Shown here: positions 7,851-17,224 of the stretch, one piece after another | How positions within the stretch are numbered: position 1 is the first letter of the stretch | How the letters are laid out: each line of letters begins with the position of its first letter | Origin: a virus | Reading direction: 5' to 3' (one strand) | DNA length: 64,000 nucleotides | IMG/VR virus record: IMGVR_UViG_3300018080_000112 | Coordinates: 64,001 to 128,000 of that record | Notes under the pieces: model-generated | The model's input: the letters and a program-made list of their open reading frames with translations, nothing else | What the model was told of the DNA's origin: nothing | Databases searched by the model: none | Made by a program: the position numbers and the translations under genes

Positions 7851-9602
7851 TTAGAACGAGAATGAGAAACCGCCGCCCTTTCTTTCAGATGCAAACACGG
7901 CGAAATTGAGCGCGTCAAGGCTGTGGGGGTCCATTCCGACCATGTTCCATCTCATTCTATAGCGCCCGGTCTCTTCTTCGACCTCGACCTTCTCACGAAC
8001 AGGACAAGCGAAGTGTGGATATGCGTGGGTTCGCATGATCGGATAGTTGTCTTTGCGACCGCCGCCGTAGGGGTGACACTCTTGTACTTGCTTGTCTGGA
8101 TCAGGCCAAACCATCTTCTTTTTGACAATCAGATTAATGGTGTAGCCAATGGATTTGTAGAGATCCAGGTACACTCGGCGTTTGGCGACTGTTTCCGGGC
8201 GAGCTTTCTTGTGCTTCTTTTTGGTCTTGCCTTCTTCCCACGAGACCATATCGTTGTATTCGTTTGAGTAGGCAAGGATCACCTTTCTGGGATAGTCGTT
8301 GGCGAAGTTCAGCGCGTCGTTACTGTGGGGCATAGCGTCCACCACACAGACCTCAACATCAAACTTTTCTAACAGTTCGCCAGTGCGTTTCCAGGGGTGA
8401 GAATCTTCGATGATCTCGAACCAAACGATCCGCCGCTTGTCGCCTTGTCTGTTTATGATAAACACGTAGTTCATGTTCATCATTTGGTCAACACCCATAT
8501 AGTTCACGCCGATATAATCGCCCCAAACAGCGAGAGGATCAACGTTGTTGTCAAGGTCTTCCTCTTCAATCGGCTTGTTTGTTTTGTCTACAAAGGGGAT
8601 GCCAAGCATATGGTTGTAGAACTCTTTCATGTCCGTGGTGTTCTCGTATTCGAACATGATTTCATCTGGCGTTGTCTTGCTACTGATCAGTTGGCTGATC
8701 TGGAATCCGGAGTTCGCATGTCCGGGGTTGTGTGCGATGTAGCGACCGCGTTGTGTGTTGACCAGTTCCGTTTTGCACTTCTTACACTGGATATAGTACT
8801 GACCTTTCTTCGGTCCCTTGGTGTGTCTCGCCATGCAATTCGGGAATTCCGTTGCCAGTATTTGTTCGCAATTGCAAGCGTGACAACGGGTGTAGAACCA
8901 CTTCTGATCCGTGTTTAGAAAGAGCTTATGAATATCGCCATTGGGATAACCAGCGGTAGAAACGTGATGTTTGTAGCGGTAGGGGACTGACGCAAGCACG
9001 CGAGCGTAGGCTTGAAAGATCTCGCTGATTTTGACAAGGCGGACCTCATCAAAGAAGAGCGCGTTCATGGGGACGGAGTCTTTGGTGGACTGACCACCCA
9101 TGTAGAGGAAATAGAGAGACGATTTCCCCACGGGGCGGAGATCTTGACGCTGTTCCTTGGAGTAGGGGCGTAGGTCGTTGCAAGATTTCATCAGGGGGAC
9201 CACGCGATCCTTGACCACGCGCCCGATACCTTTGGAGTCCGGGAAGTAGAAACCGATCTTGATCGGGTGGTCAAATCCCCACGAAGCGTGAAAGAGAGAC
9301 ATGTGGAAGGCTTTTAGCATCATGTAGATGGTTGCACCCATCTGCGCCGCCTTCATCAGCACAACGTACTCTGAGCGGTCAGAGAAGAGCGGGTACAAAT
9401 AAGCGTGACCGGCAAAAGAGAACGGGTTCTCATCGACCTCCACGCCGCTATGTTCCGCCCACAAGGGGAGTCGTCTCTTCATGTAGGCTTGCATCAGCTT
9501 TGGAGGGATCTGGCTTGCCGTCAAGACCTTCTGTGTCTGTTCTGTTGTTGGTTGTACCACCGGGCTTGCAACCGGTTGAATGAGGGGTGCAGAAGCGGAC
9601 AT
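7851..9602 (-). CDS. terL: terminase large subunit (lambda gpA-like)
   Basis: LMKAAQMGAT Walker A variant, FFDEV Walker B, VSTA, CxxC pairs, GFQISQL, C-terminal GVDQ / VVDA / DPHSLDA nuclease motifs. Confidence 0.88.
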   Translation of the reverse strand: MSASAPLIQPVASPVVQPTTEQTQKVLTASQIPPKLMQAYMKRRLPLWAEHSGVEVDENPFSFAGHAYLYPLFSDRSEYVVLMKAAQMGATIYMMLKAFHMSLFHASWGFDHPIKIGFYFPDSKGIGRVVKDRVVPLMKSCNDLRPYSKEQRQDLRPVGKSSLYFLYMGGQSTKDSVPMNALFFDEVRLVKISEIFQAYARVLASVPYRYKHHVSTAGYPNGDIHKLFLNTDQKWFYTRCHACNCEQILATEFPNCMARHTKGPKKGQYYIQCKKCKTELVNTQRGRYIAHNPGHANSGFQISQLISSKTTPDEIMFEYENTTDMKEFYNHMLGIPFVDKTNKPIEEEDLDNNVDPLAVWGDYIGVNYMGVDQMMNMNYVFIINRQGDKRRIVWFEIIEDSHPWKRTGELLEKFDVEVCVVDAMPHSNDALNFANDYPRKVILAYSNEYNDMVSWEEGKTKKKHKKARPETVAKRRVYLDLYKSIGYTINLIVKKKMVWPDPDKQVQECHPYGGGRKDNYPIMRTHAYPHFACPVREKVEVEEETGRYRMRWNMVGMDPHSLDALNFAVFASERKGGGFSFSF

Positions 9603-9634
9603 GAGGACCTTGCTCCATCAGCCGTTGGGGGCTG

Positions 9635-10192
9635 TCATTTAAGTAGCCAAGCGTCTTGTATGAGGACCTGATTGACCACGCCGGGTTCAAACAGACCTTC
9701 AAACGTGACAAGGGACATTTCCTTTTTCCAAACCGTTAGCTGTTCAATCAAGGGGGCGAGTCTTTTGTTTCCAGTGACCAGCATAATGTGATCAATGGTT
9801 GGCGCTATGTTTATGATGTGCATGGTGATGAACATGTCTTGTTTGCCATGTTCCACGACCTCCACTTCATAGCCAAAAGAGCGTAGCGCAGTAATCAGCG
9901 GACCATAGACCTTCTCGCTCCCTTGTTGAACAACAAAGGCTTTCTTTAAAGTATAATCGCCAGTAATGGAGCAATTTTCAAGGGCAAGAGAGGGAAGACG
10001 CAAGAAATCCAGGCGGGATTTTCTTCCGTAGAGTCGGCGTATGCCGTAGGAAAGTGATTGTGCGTCAATAAACAATCCGATTCGTTGTAATTCGCCGGGT
10101 CGTTGGGTCCTTTGTGGTTTTCCGGCTCTTACTTTTTCAGATTGTTGTGTTGACACTTGCACTGTGTCATTAGGTTTTTGCATGTTGGACAC
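9635..10192 (-). CDS. NYN/LabA-DUF88 (PIN-like) domain protein, degenerate active site
   Basis: IGLFIDAQSL, KQD, IMLVTGN in place of the usual SGD. Confidence 0.7.
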   Translation of the reverse strand: MSNMQKPNDTVQVSTQQSEKVRAGKPQRTQRPGELQRIGLFIDAQSLSYGIRRLYGRKSRLDFLRLPSLALENCSITGDYTLKKAFVVQQGSEKVYGPLITALRSFGYEVEVVEHGKQDMFITMHIINIAPTIDHIMLVTGNKRLAPLIEQLTVWKKEMSLVTFEGLFEPGVVNQVLIQDAWLLK

Positions 10193-10280
10193 GTTGGAAT
10201 AATTGGATCGTCCTTGTACATATCACCGCCGGGTTGAGTTGCCGGGGGTGCCGTTGTTTCTGGTTTCTGGTTGTCGTTGT

Positions 10281-10835
10281 TCATTCCTTTGTTTCTCCCA
10301 TCCCGAACTGACCAGCCAGTTCTGGGTTCTGGATAATCATATCCATTTTGAGCCAATTTTGTTCGAGTTCTTCACCCCACGCATCACACAGATATTCCGG
10401 CGGGGGTCCGGCGGGTCTCACATAGATACAGATCCGGGGGTAGCTTCCATGTTCTGCGATAAATTTGCGCGTGCGAACCGCCACAATTTGTTTGTCGTCT
10501 TCCCAGAGTGTGCCGTTTAAGCCGTCAAAGACCGCCTTCACAAGGTTGTCAATGTCTTCTCCGATACCGCGCCAGAGAATGTTCTTTCCGTGCTTTGCAG
10601 GGTGCTCTTCCATATCCTTCGGACGCTTGAAAACGAAGTCCAGATCAACCGCCAACGTTTCGCTCAAGATAAAAACGGGGTAATCTTCGCCATAGCCGAG
10701 AGTCCGCTCTATTTCCTTCTTGATCTCTTTCTCGAAGTTGTCCGTTCTTGCGGGTGTATAGGTCGTTCCTGTCTTGCGATTGAAGCGGGGTCGCCCTTTT
10801 GCAACCGGTGCGAGTCGTAGTTCAAATCGAAACAT
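10281..10835 (-). CDS. rusA: RusA-family Holliday junction resolvase
   Basis: KGRPRF, DIDNLVKAVFDGLNG..WEDDKQIV; true start MFRFEL at 10835. Confidence 0.88.
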   Translation of the reverse strand: MFRFELRLAPVAKGRPRFNRKTGTTYTPARTDNFEKEIKKEIERTLGYGEDYPVFILSETLAVDLDFVFKRPKDMEEHPAKHGKNILWRGIGEDIDNLVKAVFDGLNGTLWEDDKQIVAVRTRKFIAEHGSYPRICIYVRPAGPPPEYLCDAWGEELEQNWLKMDMIIQNPELAGQFGMGETKE

Positions 10836-10837
10836 GG

Positions 10838-11761
10838 TTATCCCCTCTTTCGACGCACTAGAGTCGGAAGAGAAGAGCGCCTTTGTTGCGTTTGTTGTTG
10901 TGGTTGTGGTGCCGGTTGATTGTCTTGCGGCTGATGGCTGATTCCCATGTTGGGATCTTGCGCTTGTTGTTGTGCCTGTTGTTGCTGAATAAGCGCCGGT
11001 GGTGTGTTGCCCCACGCATCTTGCAAGCGACCGTATTGATCGCGACCTTGCCAGCGGTCCTGATAATCTGAGCGCCGATATCCGCCGCGCTTTCCCTGTA
11101 CAGGTTGTCCGGTGTTCGGGTCTATTGTGATCTCTCCGGTAGGATCTCCAGGAGCACCGGCGTTGAGATCTTCCATCCAGTTTTGTTGTGTGATGTTCTG
11201 CGCCGCCACTTGTGGGTTCCACACTTGCACCGGTTGTGCTTGTTGTATCGGGGTTGTGATGCTCTTTGTCACTTGATCAAAAGGCATACCAGATTGCTGG
11301 TTCGCCATCATGTGCTGGTCAATAGGAGAGTTCTGAACAATCTGGTTATTTTGTCCGCTTCGTGGTCGTGGGTCGAAATTGGCAAAGTGCGGCTTTCCGC
11401 CCTCCTGTACTATCTTTTCTGAACCTCTTTCGAAGCGGTCACGGGGTCTCTCGTTGAGCTTGGCTTGCAGTTCTGGGGGAATAGGGGGACGCGCATGTTG
11501 TTCGCCGTAGGGGTCTTGATAGGCTCGCTGTTGGGTCTGTTGTTGCGATACCTGGTCACGTCTTGCACTACGAGAGAGCGCCCTTCCTTGAACAATCTTC
11601 ATCTTGACCTTGGTTTGTCCGCCGCCTTGCCCGAGTATTTTCTCGACAGCACCGACAGAACCGGGCGCAAAATGTGATTCAGGAAGGTTGAATTGTTCCC
11701 CGATAAACGTAACACCGGGAATTGGTATGATAACCCTTCCTTCTCGGATTATGATGCTCAT
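10838..11761 (-). CDS. Gln/Pro-rich, probably disordered hypothetical protein
   Basis: Long ORF; likely start MSIIIRE with GGAG RBS. Confidence 0.65.
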   Translation of the reverse strand: MSIIIREGRVIIPIPGVTFIGEQFNLPESHFAPGSVGAVEKILGQGGGQTKVKMKIVQGRALSRSARRDQVSQQQTQQRAYQDPYGEQHARPPIPPELQAKLNERPRDRFERGSEKIVQEGGKPHFANFDPRPRSGQNNQIVQNSPIDQHMMANQQSGMPFDQVTKSITTPIQQAQPVQVWNPQVAAQNITQQNWMEDLNAGAPGDPTGEITIDPNTGQPVQGKRGGYRRSDYQDRWQGRDQYGRLQDAWGNTPPALIQQQQAQQQAQDPNMGISHQPQDNQPAPQPQQQTQQRRSSLPTLVRRKRG

Positions 11762-11969
11762 AGCTCTTTCTCTCCTTCCGGAGATCGTAGCACATCTCTT
11801 TTGCGGGGTAACAATTTTTGTTGTTTTAGGGTCCAAACGTGATTGTTAGGACCTAACCTTTGGATGGCAATTGCGCCAAATAATCTTTGTCGCATGGAAA
11901 AAACCTCCATTTCTATCCCTTGGTGTGTAAAAGATTAGCGAAACAAAAGAAGTGATGGGAGTTTGTAAC

Positions 11970-13979
11970 CTACACACCAAAACAGCAAGATGATCCGTTC
12001 ACATCTCGTTCAACCACTATACCGTGATTAAATCGCTGATTCAACTGTTCATTGTGGGTGACTACAATTGTGGTGTTGATCCCTTTTCTCTTTGAGACAC
12101 AATGAAGCAACTCCATCATGTTCTCAACTCCCGCCTCATCGACGTTTTCGAACACTTCGTCCAGTAGACTCAAGCCGAGACCTTGACCACGCGCCAAGCT
12201 GAGATCTTGCAACGCCAGCGCAAGGGGAACATCCAGCCGCCGCTGTTCGCCACTACTACAGCTTTCATAACGCACGTTCTCACCGGTCTTTGTCTGCACT
12301 ATGATGCTGATCTTTTCCCGCTTCTCACCCTTGGCGGTCTCGCTCTGAATGGACAACTGCGCCACAAGCTCGCCGCTGGTCATAATGTCGGCATACTCGA
12401 ACAGTCTCTCGTTCACCTCTGGAAGTAGATTTTCCAGGAGAAAAGAGCGGATTCCTTTGGTCCCGAACACATTCACAAGCACGTTCAGCTTTTTGATCTC
12501 CTGGTCAACTGCGTCTCTCTCTTTGCGGGTCTCTTCTTCCTTCCGAACGTGCTGTTCAAGCTCTTTTCTCTCGCTCGCCAATAGCTCTTCAAAGGGGGAT
12601 ATTTCTTCTCGTGTTTGCTGTACACGCTCTTTCAGCGCATCAATTTCGTGTTGTTTATGCTCCTGTTTAAAAGCCCATTGGTCATAGTTGATCTTTCCCT
12701 TGTACAGGGTGTCATGTTGCTGATCCAGTTCCCAATAACGCTTGGAGAAGCGCTCTTTCTCCGCCTCTATTTCCCTCTCAATATTGCGCTTATTCACCGG
12801 GAGTGTTTGACAAACGGTGTACTGTTTGGATTGTTGGTCAACCAAAGAATCTATTTGTTCGTTTAGTTCCGTAGAACCGGGAAAAACAGCATCATCCACC
12901 GTTTGTCCACAAGTAGGACACGAACCGCTATCAATGAGCTTTGACCGGCGATTCACTTCCTTCTCTAGCCCACTTCGTTCCGCTGTTATTCGAGCGTACT
13001 CTTTATCAGCGTCGCGGATCTGTTTTTCCAACGGGGGGATCTTCTCTTGTAGCTCTTTGATTGTCTCCTGATGGTTATCATTCTCCGCCGCCAATTGTTT
13101 CTTCGCTGCATCGATTTGCTCTTGTGTCACACACGGCGGCTCCTTCTCCGTCGTTCTTTCCAGGTCTCGGATCTGGTTGCCAAGCGCTTCAAACTTGGCG
13201 CTTCTGTCACGGGTCCACTGGTCTTGTCGTTGTACCAGGTCAATCAACCGGCTCCTCTTTTGGTCGATAATCTCCAATTGTTGGATTCGCTTGTTTGCCA
13301 GTACCCTGAGTTCTTCCTTCTCCTCTTTGCGCCGATCCTTGGCGATCTTTTCCGCCTTCGTGTAGAGATGAATCTGCAAAATCTCTTCCAGTAGCTGTTT
13401 TTTTGCGGTGTCAGATAGCCCGGAAAAGCACGGCATTCCGCCTTTACCGAACAAGGTCACTTGACGGAACATGTCACGAGACAAGCCGATCAGCTTGATA
13501 ATCTTCCGCTGTGTTTCGTCCTTGTCTGCGCCGCGTAGATCTTGAGCCACTAGGGTGGGTTTATCCATCAGCGCAATCGGCTCCTCTGTGAGTTCTGGCG
13601 CGTCCGGGTCATTGTACAGCCACAAGAACAGTTCGTTCTTGAGCTTTGGATGGGAGTGGAAGCGTTCAACCTGGTAGATCTCTTTTGTCTGGGAGTTGAC
13701 AAAGGAGACAATCGAGAATGTCCCTTTTGTCTTCTCGCCAGCTTGCTCCAGGATTGACGCTCGTGTGGGTATTTCCTTCGAAAGGATGTTCCGAAGCATC
13801 TTTCCATAGAGCGCGAAATAAAGCGCCTCAAACAACGCGGATTTGCCAGCACCGTTATTGTTCTGACTGGTAGATCGGTGGTTGATACCGTACAAGCTTA
13901 TCAGCCCAAGATCTAACAGGTCCAATTGCATCTTTATGAAGCACAAGAAATTCTGTGCAAGGACACGAATAATGTACAT
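11970..13979 (-). CDS. sbcC: SbcC/Rad50 (T4 gp46-like) ATPase
   Basis: NGAGKS Walker A, coiled coils with CPTCG zinc hook, SSGE signature, LDE Walker B, VTH. Confidence 0.92.
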   Translation of the reverse strand: MYIIRVLAQNFLCFIKMQLDLLDLGLISLYGINHRSTSQNNNGAGKSALFEALYFALYGKMLRNILSKEIPTRASILEQAGEKTKGTFSIVSFVNSQTKEIYQVERFHSHPKLKNELFLWLYNDPDAPELTEEPIALMDKPTLVAQDLRGADKDETQRKIIKLIGLSRDMFRQVTLFGKGGMPCFSGLSDTAKKQLLEEILQIHLYTKAEKIAKDRRKEEKEELRVLANKRIQQLEIIDQKRSRLIDLVQRQDQWTRDRSAKFEALGNQIRDLERTTEKEPPCVTQEQIDAAKKQLAAENDNHQETIKELQEKIPPLEKQIRDADKEYARITAERSGLEKEVNRRSKLIDSGSCPTCGQTVDDAVFPGSTELNEQIDSLVDQQSKQYTVCQTLPVNKRNIEREIEAEKERFSKRYWELDQQHDTLYKGKINYDQWAFKQEHKQHEIDALKERVQQTREEISPFEELLASERKELEQHVRKEEETRKERDAVDQEIKKLNVLVNVFGTKGIRSFLLENLLPEVNERLFEYADIMTSGELVAQLSIQSETAKGEKREKISIIVQTKTGENVRYESCSSGEQRRLDVPLALALQDLSLARGQGLGLSLLDEVFENVDEAGVENMMELLHCVSKRKGINTTIVVTHNEQLNQRFNHGIVVERDVNGSSCCFGV

Positions 13980-14038
13980 GATTTGTTCTCCGAATTAGAT
14001 CAGGTGAGTGTGGTAGCAAGAAAGGATAGAGACCGTTG

Positions 14039-15769
14039 TTAGAGCGCTTCCGGCTCTTGATACAGGAACCAGTTAGCGGTGATACCACGCTCCTTTTGTT
14101 CCTTTGTTGGAGGGGGGCTTGTCAGTACATACCAGCCGGTCATGTTGCGACCTACGCCAGTTTTCCACGCCTTTGCTCTGTGGATTGCCTTGGCGATATC
14201 CTCTATATCACCGGTTGCTTTGTACCATTCATCTTGTTTCCGCAAGTTGTTGACCAACTCCGGGTCCGCTGGAAAGAGTTGCAGGGGGTAATCGATCCCT
14301 TTGACCTCCAGGAAGAGACCAAACTGAGAATCATCCCCAGAAGAGACCATGGACTTCTCTTTTTCATCGATCTGAGCGGGTTCTGTGGTGGAAGACAAGA
14401 GGATTGGCGAGAACTCCATCTCTTTGTTCGGGTCAATCTCTTCCTCCATCAGAAGCGTACAAGAGGGACACCTGATGTAGTTCGGATCGTCCTTGTCTTG
14501 TGCGCCGCCGATCTTTGCAGCGTTGAGACCCAACATTTGACACCGGGCGTTGAACTCAATACAGCACGGGGGACGTTGTTGTTCAATCCCGCTATAGACC
14601 GCTTGAAAGACCACATAACGCGGGTCAGATAAGACGCCAAGAACATCAATTTGCATCTCTTGAAGCTCTTCCATGGTCTTGTTTGCAAGTTCGTCAAGCA
14701 TCGCTTTCTTCTGTTCTTTGGTGAGAATCTTCGAGGTATCTGGAACCTCTTGTGCTTCCGCTTCTGCGGGGGGTGCAGGTTCTGGATCATCATCCCCTTC
14801 CGCCAGCTTTGCAATCTCGGGGCTGAAAATGGTGTTCCAAATCTTGTTGACTTCTTCGTTCTCACCGCCGACTTCGTCAATGAGGAAATCAGCCAGTTCT
14901 TGCAGCATAAGTTTCCCGGTTTCCGGTGCGGCGAAACTAACAGATTGCCAGATCTTGTTCAACTGTTTCGCTGCATCTTTCGGGACATGTTCAGATGCTT
15001 TCTCGCAAAACTCTGCAATCTTCTCCAGCAAGGTCGGCTTGTTCTCTGGTAGTTCGCCACGGGTCACCGTCATGCTCGACATCTTCGGGATCTCATCTTC
15101 CTCAAAAGACTCCTCCAGATATTCGATCTTCAATTCTTCACCAGGGTCTGAACCGACCTTATCCAGCGTAACGCCGTCCTCTCGTGCGTGACCTTCTGCA
15201 ACCAGCCGCTGGACCTCTTTCGCCTGTTTTGCAAGATCTTCGGGGGAGTCGCCCACAAAGAAATTGGCGGAGTCTTCATACTCTTGTTGTAACCGCGCTT
15301 CTGTTGCAGCGCTCTCCTTCTGTGCGTCCTTCACAACCTGGTTGTCTTTGGGGCGCAAAAAGATATCCGCCGGGATCTCCGTCTCTTGCTTCACCGGCTC
15401 TTCAGGCATAAAACCACCGCCGTACACTGGAACAGGCTTTTCTTTCTCTGGGGGCGGAACTTCATCACTTTTCAGTGCTGTTTTGAGCTTTTCATGTTCC
15501 GGGGTGGTCTCTTCTTTGGGCTTGATCTTCGATGGGATCTCAGACGGCGTCATGGTGTGGAATTGCGTATCGCTTGCGCCGCGTTCATCCACAATCCCGC
15601 CGTGATTGTTTAACCAGCGAATGAGGTCATTCATGTCCTTGTCAGAGGTAGAACCGAGCATAATCATCCACGGCTCGCTGGTTCCAATCCTGTTCATCCC
15701 CAACAAGGAAAGGGTGGATTTCCCTTGCTCCACAAACTTCAACTCTGGGGGTCCTTTTTTCTTCTTCAT
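14039..15769 (-). CDS. acidic hypothetical protein
   Basis: Long E/P-rich ORF; likely start MKKKKG. Confidence 0.7.
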   Translation of the reverse strand: MKKKKGPPELKFVEQGKSTLSLLGMNRIGTSEPWMIMLGSTSDKDMNDLIRWLNNHGGIVDERGASDTQFHTMTPSEIPSKIKPKEETTPEHEKLKTALKSDEVPPPEKEKPVPVYGGGFMPEEPVKQETEIPADIFLRPKDNQVVKDAQKESAATEARLQQEYEDSANFFVGDSPEDLAKQAKEVQRLVAEGHAREDGVTLDKVGSDPGEELKIEYLEESFEEDEIPKMSSMTVTRGELPENKPTLLEKIAEFCEKASEHVPKDAAKQLNKIWQSVSFAAPETGKLMLQELADFLIDEVGGENEEVNKIWNTIFSPEIAKLAEGDDDPEPAPPAEAEAQEVPDTSKILTKEQKKAMLDELANKTMEELQEMQIDVLGVLSDPRYVVFQAVYSGIEQQRPPCCIEFNARCQMLGLNAAKIGGAQDKDDPNYIRCPSCTLLMEEEIDPNKEMEFSPILLSSTTEPAQIDEKEKSMVSSGDDSQFGLFLEVKGIDYPLQLFPADPELVNNLRKQDEWYKATGDIEDIAKAIHRAKAWKTGVGRNMTGWYVLTSPPPTKEQKERGITANWFLYQEPEAL

Positions 15770-15812
15770 CTCTCTGTGTTCTCCTTCTGTGTTCGCCGTG
15801 TTATCGGCTCGC

Positions 15813-16352
15813 TTATTGATGCATCTTCGCAAGCTCTTCGTATGTTCTTTCGATCAGTTCCACGAGATAAGCCACCGCTTCCTTGAAGTAATCCTGTCCA
15901 AATATCATGGGGAGTTCTTGTGTGTCTGGTAACACATACCACGGGTGTACATGGAAACAGTAATCGGCGGGGGCTAATCGAGGGACATCAACTCTGTGCA
16001 GTCGCCGATCTGGTACAATCTCGACACTCCCGATTGGCAACATTCCGCCGTCTTCTTGCTTCGGATTTGTCCAGTACACAAGGAAAGAACTGGCGCAGTT
16101 CCCCATGTAGACTATGACTGCATTCAGTTCTTCTCCGAAGTATTGCCCCAATTTCAGTGACCCCTGGACCGCTTGTTGAAGGTAATGATCATCTGTGGAT
16201 TGACCAGCCATAGGCTCGATTTCAGGAGCCGTTGTTTCACCGTCCGCAACTACTTTGTTCCATTTTTCCTTGAACACATCTAGTTGTTCTGGTGTTAGGT
16301 CTCCTTTTACATTCAACATCCCCTTGACTGTCCCGTCCTCTTTCTTTTCCAT
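15813..16352 (-). CDS. hypothetical protein
   Basis: GAGG RBS, downstream of a motif B element. Confidence 0.65.
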   Translation of the reverse strand: MEKKEDGTVKGMLNVKGDLTPEQLDVFKEKWNKVVADGETTAPEIEPMAGQSTDDHYLQQAVQGSLKLGQYFGEELNAVIVYMGNCASSFLVYWTNPKQEDGGMLPIGSVEIVPDRRLHRVDVPRLAPADYCFHVHPWYVLPDTQELPMIFGQDYFKEAVAYLVELIERTYEELAKMHQ

Positions 16353-16461
16353 TCTATCCTCTCCATGTTCAAAGCTATCGAAAATTGTTCTTTACGCCAT
16401 AACCATGTTTATAGAGACACACCTTTTGTCAAAAGCGTACCGTTTCACAATAAAAAAGTTT

Positions 16462-16653
16462 TCAAGGTTGTTGACTAGGGGTGGTTCAAGACTGTTGACT
16501 AGTGTGACTTACAAGGTCAAGGCTATTGACCGAGTCAGAATCTAAGTTCAAGGCTGTTGATATCGGTCGGATACGGTTTCAAGGCTGTTGATATCGAGCC
16601 GCATACAGGTCAAGACTGTTAACAAAATGCGGATTGGGTTCGTAGCTGTTGAC
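16462..16653. repeat. second TCAAGGCTGTTGAC array (7 boxes, mostly 31-bp period); smaller clusters at 17166-17210, 19181-19227, 32315-32391
   Basis: Boxes at 16462, 16486, 16517, 16548, 16579, 16610, 16640. Confidence 0.85.
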
Positions 16654-16667
16654 CTTCTCGAAAAGAG

Positions 16668-17153
16668 TCACGGTTTCGCCATTATCTTTTTGATCTTACG
16701 CATAAGGACAGGTGTCTTCATGCGCATGGGGCGTCTCTTCCGGGCTGGTGGAAAAGGCATGTTTTTGACTACCTTGTTTGCGAATCGTTTATCCGGTAGA
16801 CCTGCGGCGGATTTGTTTGCTTCAGCAAAGAGGCGAAACAACCGCATTGTCTTCTCTTCAGAACTGACCTTGTGGTACTTTTCAATAAGAGATTTTATCT
16901 TGTCGTAGTTCTTTCCATAAACGCGCATCCCCAACAAATCAACCTTTTGGTCAATGGCAATCATCTGGTTCTGTTGTGACCGCAACAAACGGAATGCTGC
17001 AACTGACATTTTGTGTTGCTTCTTCATGTTGTCAGAGACTACTTTCACGTAATATCCGACCATTGTGACAACCAGGAAACCGATAATACTGAAAGCTGTT
17101 GTTGCCCAAAACTTCCAGGACGGACCTCGTTTTGTGGTCTCTTCATCGCTCAT
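16668..17153 (-). CDS. membrane protein with one N-terminal TM helix and a basic tail
   Basis: FWATTAFSIIGFLVVTMVGYY hydrophobic segment; AGGAG RBS. Confidence 0.65.
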   Translation of the reverse strand: MSDEETTKRGPSWKFWATTAFSIIGFLVVTMVGYYVKVVSDNMKKQHKMSVAAFRLLRSQQNQMIAIDQKVDLLGMRVYGKNYDKIKSLIEKYHKVSSEEKTMRLFRLFAEANKSAAGLPDKRFANKVVKNMPFPPARKRRPMRMKTPVLMRKIKKIMAKP

Positions 17154-17224
17154 CTTGTTCTCCTTTCAAGGCTATTAATATAATACGCATCACATTTCAA
17201 AACTGTTGACTGGATCGCCTAAAG

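Noticed and set aside
10129-10284. 51-aa Cys-containing ORF with ATGA overlap after rusA
   Set aside because: Plausible, but it overlaps the NYN start and has no other support.
10836-11222. N-terminal extension of RusA in the ORF track
   Set aside because: It is the shadow frame of the Gln-rich gene; the real start is at 10835 with an RBS.
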